14,053 nt of DNA, from contig JAYEOX010000093.1 of assembly GCA_034723415.1 (NCBI GenBank), forward strand, positions 1-14,053. The letters run 5' to 3'. The stretch comes from Fidelibacterota bacterium (GTDB lineage: Bacteria > Fidelibacterota > Fidelibacteria > Fidelibacterales > Fidelibacteraceae). The position numbers and the translations under genes are program-made. The notes under the pieces are model-generated. The model did no database searches. It was not told the DNA's origin and was given only the letters and a program-made list of their open reading frames with translations. Below are positions 8,700-14,053 of the stretch, in pieces; within the stretch, counting starts at the first letter, position 1, and each line of letters begins with the position of its first letter.

Positions 8700-8851
8700 A
8701 ACTTCGTTCCGGTGTTCTTAACTCCGTATTCGTTTTGTTTGCACAAAGTCAAATTCAACTTTCGCATTCCGTATTCAAATAAATGCTTATTAAGGTCATT
8801 AATTACTAAACTTCAGTTTTGCCATATTACAAAATCGCTTAATTACTCTGG

Positions 8852-10156
8852 CTATATCTTCTCAATAATCAGTTTTTTCTTTGTGATTGTTTCTTCCGAC
8901 AATTCCAATCTTGATTCTATTTTTTTCTCAATATTATTTACTGCATCTTTGTCATTTGAATGTATTCTAAAAATAAGATCATTTCTATCTATTTTATCAC
9001 CAATCTTTTTGTGTATTTCAATACCAGAAACAGGATCAATTTTATCTTTACTTGTTCGACGTCCAGCTCCAAGATCAATTGCATCTAATCCCAGTTGCAT
9101 CGAATTTACTTTTTGTAAATAACCAGTATTTTTCGCAACTATATCTTTGATAAATTTTGCATTTTTATATTTTTGTGGATCATCTAAGAATGAAATATCG
9201 GCTTCTTGATTTTTTGCAATTTCTTTTAATTTTTCAAAAGCAGCCCCGCTATCGATCAGGTCATTTAATTCTTTTTTTATCTCGTTTACGTTTTTTGTCG
9301 GATTTCCCATCAGTAAAGATTCTTGAGCCAATTCCAATGTTACTTCTTTTACATCAACCGGGCCATTCCCCTTTAATACATCGAGTGATTCTTCTATTTC
9401 TAACCAATTACCAATTTTATTTCCTAATGGTTGATCCATATCGGTAATTACAGCCCTTACCTTCAAACCATAATCTTCACCAAAATATTTTAATTTTTTT
9501 GCTAATTCCAAACTCTTTGAATATTCTTGAATAAATGCTCCATTTCCAGTTTTGACATCCAGCACTAATCCTTCAATTCCTTCAGCAATTTTTTTGCTTA
9601 ATATTGAACCGCAGATCATAGGGATTGAACGAACTGTAGCTGTTACATCTCTCAAAGCGTATAATTCTCTATCAGCAGGGCAGATATCATCCGTTTGGCC
9701 AATTAAAGCACAACCAATTTCATTTGTCTGTTTTTTGAATTGTTCAATGCTCATATTTGTATTAAATCCGGGAATACTTTCTAACTTATCTAAAGTTCCT
9801 CCCGTATGTCCCAAAGCTCTTCCTGAAATCATAGGAATTTTTACCTTCCCTGTTGCAGCTAAAAGTGGAGCTAAAATAATAGAAATTTTGTCACCAACGC
9901 CGCCTGTGCTGTGTTTATCAACTATAAATTTATCCGATTTTTTGAATTTTATTCTCTTACCGCTATTTATAATAATATCCAAAAAATGAGCGGTTTCTTT
10001 TTCTGTCATTCCTTTGAAATAAATTGCCATTAAAAGTGCTGACATTTGATAAGCCGGAATTTCTTTATTTAAAAAACCGATAATAAAAAATTTGAGTTCA
10101 TCTTTATTTAATTCTTTTCCCGATTGTTTTTTCTCAATAACTGAATATGCTAACAT
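8852..10156 (-). CDS. pdp: Pyrimidine-nucleoside/thymidine phosphorylase
   Basis: Motifs YQMSALLMAIYFKGM, DKHSTGGVGDK, SGRALGHTGGTLDKLESIPG, LYALRDVTATV, SILSKKIAEG, DVKTGNGAF and LGAGR. 434 aa. Confidence 0.93.
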   Translation of the reverse strand: MLAYSVIEKKQSGKELNKDELKFFIIGFLNKEIPAYQMSALLMAIYFKGMTEKETAHFLDIIINSGKRIKFKKSDKFIVDKHSTGGVGDKISIILAPLLAATGKVKIPMISGRALGHTGGTLDKLESIPGFNTNMSIEQFKKQTNEIGCALIGQTDDICPADRELYALRDVTATVRSIPMICGSILSKKIAEGIEGLVLDVKTGNGAFIQEYSKSLELAKKLKYFGEDYGLKVRAVITDMDQPLGNKIGNWLEIEESLDVLKGNGPVDVKEVTLELAQESLLMGNPTKNVNEIKKELNDLIDSGAAFEKLKEIAKNQEADISFLDDPQKYKNAKFIKDIVAKNTGYLQKVNSMQLGLDAIDLGAGRRTSKDKIDPVSGIEIHKKIGDKIDRNDLIFRIHSNDKDAVNNIEKKIESRLELSEETITKKKLIIEKI

Positions 10157-10158
10157 TT

Positions 10159-10671
10159 TTATTCCCCTATTTTATAATTTTTTGACAATTCTTTGTACTC
10201 TTCTGCTGATTTCAAAATATGCTCATATTCTCCATTACTGATGTTACGAACTATTTTTCCGGGTACTCCTACGATTAATTTTCGTTTTGGAACAATAAAA
10301 TTTTCCTTTATCAATGCCCCGGCTCCTATAATAGATCCTTCACCAATTTTTGCTCCACTTAAAATCGTTGCTCCCATTCCGATCAAAGTATTTGAGGCAA
10401 TTTTACATCCATGTATCGTACAGTTATGTCCTACAGTTACATTTTTGCCAATTATCGTTGAATCATTTCCATAATCTACATGTATAACTGCGCCATCTTG
10501 AATATTTGTATTTTCCCCAATTTTTATACAATTGATATCAGCTCTTAATACAGAATTAGGCCAGATATTTACATTTTCACCAACTTCTACATCTCCAATG
10601 ATCGTAACATTTGGAAAGATTTTTGCAGAATCTGCAATTTTTGGTTTTTTATCTAAATAATTTATAATCAT
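10159..10671 (-). CDS. Gamma-carbonic-anhydrase family / hexapeptide-repeat protein (YrdA-like)
   Basis: Hexapeptide repeats with motifs IIGDV, VLRAD, TNIQDGAVIH, VGHNCTIHGC and GVPGK. The three His ligands are present. Its start overlaps the upstream stop (ATGA). Confidence 0.9.
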   Translation of the reverse strand: MIINYLDKKPKIADSAKIFPNVTIIGDVEVGENVNIWPNSVLRADINCIKIGENTNIQDGAVIHVDYGNDSTIIGKNVTVGHNCTIHGCKIASNTLIGMGATILSGAKIGEGSIIGAGALIKENFIVPKRKLIVGVPGKIVRNISNGEYEHILKSAEEYKELSKNYKIGE

Positions 10672-12077
10672 TGATCGTCCTTTTTTTTCTTTTTAAATTT
10701 AAAATACTTGAGAATATTGATATTTATTCTTTCGTGAATAGCATACCAAGTTAACATAATTCCGATAGATCCAATGATAATATTTGCACTCCACATTGCG
10801 ATCCACGCAGATAATAAATTTCGATCGGAAAGTCGTTCTCCAGTCATTAACAATGCCCAATATACAAAGAAAAAGACTAAACTAAACGATCCGGCAACAG
10901 CAAGATTCCCTTTTCTTGATAACATTCCCAGTGGTGCCCCAATTAATACAAAAATAATGCAAGCTACAGGCATAGATATCTTTTTATGGATTTCCACCAA
11001 ATATTTATTTTCCTGTTTAGTATGCTCGCCATATATTTTAATATTTGATTTTAGTCTATTTTTTAGATTATTTAGTTTTCTAATTTTTCTTTTATAAAAT
11101 TTGGATTTATCTTGAGTAATATTTGATTTTAATGAATCCTTCTCATATGCTGCGATTTCACTAATCAATACTTTTTGCATAGCAGATAGTTTTGTCTTTG
11201 AAGTATCTAAATTATATAATTTAAATTTATCTAGAATTCTTGTCCGAATATTATTCTTATATCTTCTGCTTATTTTAACACGCTCATACATTTGTTGAAT
11301 GTTCATTTCTCTATCACCACGATATTTTGAATCTTTTCTATCCAACAATAGATCCGGAACAGGTATCACAATTTTGTGTTTATCAAAATTTAAAATACGA
11401 TAAACATCTGAATCGCTTCTTTGTAATTCGTGAAATTCTCCATTGAATAAATTTAAAATAACTTTGTTACCAACTACTTCTAACATACCTCGTTTAGCAT
11501 ATATAGTTACCTGTTCGTTTTTTTCTGTTGTGTGATAGATTAGAATATTTTTCAATGTATCATTTTTCTTTTCTCTTATGAATAAACGATAACCCGGAAT
11601 ATCATCTATAAAGTAACCCGCTTCAATACTAAGATCCGGATGTTTGCGTGAAATATCTCTTCTCAATAATTTTGCTTTATGATTTGCATCTGGCAAGATA
11701 TTATTATTAAAAAATATAAGAAAAATTGTTATTAAAGTTGCAAAAAGTAGAGAAGGCCTGATTATCTTTCTAAAATTTATTCCGGAAGCTCTTAATGCAG
11801 TCAATTCATTATCTTCACCTAAACGTCCATAAGCCATCAAAGTAGATATCAAGACAGCCATTGGAACCGCTTGAGCTACTACCCAAGCTAAATTAAGGAT
11901 TATAAATTCTATCATTACAAAAGGACTTAAGTTTTTGCCTACCAATTTATCTAACTGTTGGATTAAATATTGTGCTAAAAATAAAAATGAAATAATAAAT
12001 AAAGAGCCCAAAAATGGTGCTAAATGTTCCTTAAAAATATAAAAGTATAGTCGTGGAATTCTTTTCATAACAAGCAT
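10668..12077 (-). CDS. lptF: LptF/LptG-family LPS export ABC transporter permease (LptF-like)
   Basis: 3+3 transmembrane layout with motifs AVPMAVLISTLMAYGRLGEDNELTALRASGI and EIHKKISMPVACIIFVLIGAPLG. An alternative start is ATG at 12068. Confidence 0.85.
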   Translation of the reverse strand: MLVMKRIPRLYFYIFKEHLAPFLGSLFIISFLFLAQYLIQQLDKLVGKNLSPFVMIEFIILNLAWVVAQAVPMAVLISTLMAYGRLGEDNELTALRASGINFRKIIRPSLLFATLITIFLIFFNNNILPDANHKAKLLRRDISRKHPDLSIEAGYFIDDIPGYRLFIREKKNDTLKNILIYHTTEKNEQVTIYAKRGMLEVVGNKVILNLFNGEFHELQRSDSDVYRILNFDKHKIVIPVPDLLLDRKDSKYRGDREMNIQQMYERVKISRRYKNNIRTRILDKFKLYNLDTSKTKLSAMQKVLISEIAAYEKDSLKSNITQDKSKFYKRKIRKLNNLKNRLKSNIKIYGEHTKQENKYLVEIHKKISMPVACIIFVLIGAPLGMLSRKGNLAVAGSFSLVFFFVYWALLMTGERLSDRNLLSAWIAMWSANIIIGSIGIMLTWYAIHERININILKYFKFKKKKKDDQ

Positions 12078-12149
12078 AATATAATCAAAATATCTATTTA
12101 TTTAAATGTTTTTTTTAGAATTAATATTTGAATAATTAATTTGATTTAT

Positions 12150-12493
12150 CTGAAACACCCCGAAAATTCAAGATAAATAAAATATTCTAATTATGTTTTT
12201 ATTAATTTAATGATTTATGGAGTAAAATAACCCCTCCAAGGGCGGGCAAGCATGTTATTTTATTAAATTTCGGAGAAATTTAAATATGATGGCAAATTAA
12301 TGGAATATTTGTTAAAAAAGCTGCGCTTTTTTTGCATTAACATGGTTAATGCACTCCAAAAAAAACAAAGCAATCTCTTAATAAAATAAATTAATATGAT
12401 AATATTAAAAACAATTTAAAAATATTATTTATATAACATACTATGCTATCGATAGTTATACGAATTATTCTCGTTTTTTTCGGGGTGTTTCAG
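12150..12493. mobile_element. MITE-like non-autonomous IS derivative (344 bp)
   Basis: Perfect 17-bp terminal inverted repeats CTGAAACACCCCGAAAA (12150-12166) and TTTTCGGGGTGTTTCAG (12477-12493). They are directly flanked by TTAATTTGATTTAT (12136-12149) and TTAATTTGGTTTAT (12494-12507), 13/14 identical. No transposase-length ORF inside. Confidence 0.85.
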
Positions 12494-12520
12494 TTAATTT
12501 GGTTTATACATTGATTATTA

Positions 12521-12549
12521 TTGTATTAAATAATAATTTAATATATATT
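12521..12549 (+). promoter_or_regulatory. Possible sigma70 promoter for the peptidase gene
   Basis: TTGTAT, 17 nt, TATATT. This is weak evidence in such AT-rich DNA. Confidence 0.3.
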
Positions 12550-12592
12550 TTATGCTATGAAAAGAGTAGTGAATTTTAAATAAGGAATTAAA

Positions 12593-14053
12593 ATGAAAAA
12601 AATATTAACATTTGTAACCATTATTTTATTCGTTACTGTAGCTTTTTCAGAAACCGGCAAAATTGAAAAAATTCAAAAGGCAATCATAAAAAAAGGTGCA
12701 AATTGGGAAGCAGGTGAAAATTGGGTAACTCGTTTATCAAAAGAAGAACAGAAAAAATTATGTAATTATAAAAGAGTGATACCAAAATTACAAAAAGGTG
12801 ATTTGTTGCAATTGGAAATGACTGAAAATTTGCCAAGTGAATTTGATTGGCGAGATAAAGATGAAAAAAATTGGGTGACAGCAGTTAGAGATCAAGATAC
12901 TGCAGGAACTTGCTGGGCATTTTCTACACTTGGACAAGTTGAATCTTGGTGGAAAATAAAAAATTCCATGCCGGATTCTGCAATTGACCTTTCAGAACAA
13001 TTTTTGGTTTCTTGTAATCCGAATGTTAGAGCAAATTCAGGATATTGGGTAGCCAGTGCATTAGATTTTATTATTGAGCAAGGCGGTGTAGCAACTGAAA
13101 CCTGTTTTCCATATTCCCATAATGATGCACCTTGTACTAATGGATGTTCAAATTGGCAAGATGATGCAGTATCAATTCCCGACTGGGGATATATTACTTC
13201 AAATATTGCCGATGTGGAAACAATAAAAAATGCAGTTTATCGTCATCCTGTTTCTGCTTCGTTTATTGTCTATTCAGATTTTCCTACTTATGTAAATGGT
13301 GTCTATGAGCATGTTTGGGGCGAAGATGAAGGCGGACATGCGGTATTAATTGTCGGTTGGATTGATTCACTGGAATGTTGGATAGTCAAAAACAGTTGGG
13401 GGACAAGTTGGAATCCGGGTGGAGATGATCCGGGTTATTTTAAAATTAAATGGGGCGAATGTGATTTTGGTGAATATAGTGAATTTGTTTATAATAATAA
13501 AATTTCCGGGGATGCTTTTAATGTTTATGATAAAGTGTTGGAAATATCAATAAAACCGGGAAATTCTACAACAAGGACAACGGCATATAAAAACAATGAT
13601 AACTCTACAGCTTTAGAATATGCGAGTACAATTACTTACGATTCAAATAAATTAATTGAAATTGACAAAAAACATTTTCATACAGATACTTCTAATGCTT
13701 ATGATGGGAAAAGTTGGTGGTGTGGTGATACAAGTATTAATGGATATGATGATCATTGGTTGGATTATTTAGAAACTCCAATAATAGATTTGTTAAGCAC
13801 AACTTCACCAAATTTATCATTTAAGGGATATTGGGCAGTTGAATCACCAGGTGGTGAAGATCCTCCATACGACGGCTGGGACGGATGCAATGTTTGGGTT
13901 TCTACTGACGGCGGTAAAAATTTTAATGTAATTGAACCAATTTCTCCGATTTATGATTGCCAACATTTATGGAGTTTTGGTCATCCCGGACAAGGTTGGG
14001 GAATGGGAACTGAAATCGCCGGTTGGGCAGGAAAAAGTAATAGTTGGAAAGAT
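12593..14053 (+). CDS. Secreted papain-family (C1A-like) cysteine peptidase with C-terminal beta-sandwich (MAM/adhesin-like) domain; 3'-truncated
   Basis: AAGGA SD and ATG at 12593, open for 487 codons to the edge. Signal peptide MKKILTFVTIILFVTVAFS, then a propeptide, LPSEFDWRD, VRDQDTAGTCWAF (Gln101, Cys107), DLSEQFLVSC, GGHAVLIVGW (His249) and WIVKNSWG (Asn267). Later SWWCG, LETPIIDL and YDGWDGCNVWVSTDGG. Confidence 0.92.
   Translation, partial: MKKILTFVTIILFVTVAFSETGKIEKIQKAIIKKGANWEAGENWVTRLSKEEQKKLCNYKRVIPKLQKGDLLQLEMTENLPSEFDWRDKDEKNWVTAVRDQDTAGTCWAFSTLGQVESWWKIKNSMPDSAIDLSEQFLVSCNPNVRANSGYWVASALDFIIEQGGVATETCFPYSHNDAPCTNGCSNWQDDAVSIPDWGYITSNIADVETIKNAVYRHPVSASFIVYSDFPTYVNGVYEHVWGEDEGGHAVLIVGWIDSLECWIVKNSWGTSWNPGGDDPGYFKIKWGECDFGEYSEFVYNNKISGDAFNVYDKVLEISIKPGNSTTRTTAYKNNDNSTALEYASTITYDSNKLIEIDKKHFHTDTSNAYDGKSWWCGDTSINGYDDHWLDYLETPIIDLLSTTSPNLSFKGYWAVESPGGEDPPYDGWDGCNVWVSTDGGKNFNVIEPISPIYDCQHLWSFGHPGQGWGMGTEIAGWAGKSNSWKD

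Noticed and set aside
8852..10156. Pdp as the missing MTA/5'-deoxyadenosine phosphorylase for the mtnA pathway
   Set aside because: It is an NP-II family pyrimidine-specific enzyme in a separate operon, whereas MtnP belongs to the NP-I family.
8712..11097. Plus-strand ORFs at 8712, 9157, 9552, 10193 and 10774
   Set aside because: Antisense shadows of pdp, the gamma-CA-like gene and lptF, with no recognisable motifs.
12150..12493. CTGAAAC/GTTTCAG ends as possible CRISPR repeats
   Set aside because: Only two copies, in inverted orientation 344 bp apart, with no spacer periodicity and no cas genes. Terminal inverted repeats explain them better.

Overview
This is a very AT-rich bacterial chromosomal window. 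Regular AGGA/GGAG Shine-Dalgarno use and the gene content suggest a Gram-negative FCB-related lineage other than Bacteroidota (inference). From left to right it holds: (1) a minus-strand unit with its own sigma70-like promoter, made of a lipoprotein and a ~798-aa secreted SH3-like/SH3-like/VWA protein resembling Bacteroidota T6SSiii TssR, which the ORF track missed; (2) mtnA plus a class II aldolase; (3) a divergent malQ whose conserved N-terminus appears to start at a non-canonical ATC; (4) a probable outer-membrane beta-barrel protein; (5) a spacer with short repeats; (6) a minus-strand lptF-like / gamma-carbonic-anhydrase-like / pdp operon; (7) a 344-bp MITE-like element with perfect 17-bp terminal inverted repeats and a 14-bp flanking direct repeat; (8) a secreted papain-family (C1) peptidase that runs off the right edge and was also missed by the ORF track. 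The best leads are the TssR-like/lipoprotein module, the MITE, the ATC start and a window-wide excess of CCGG.
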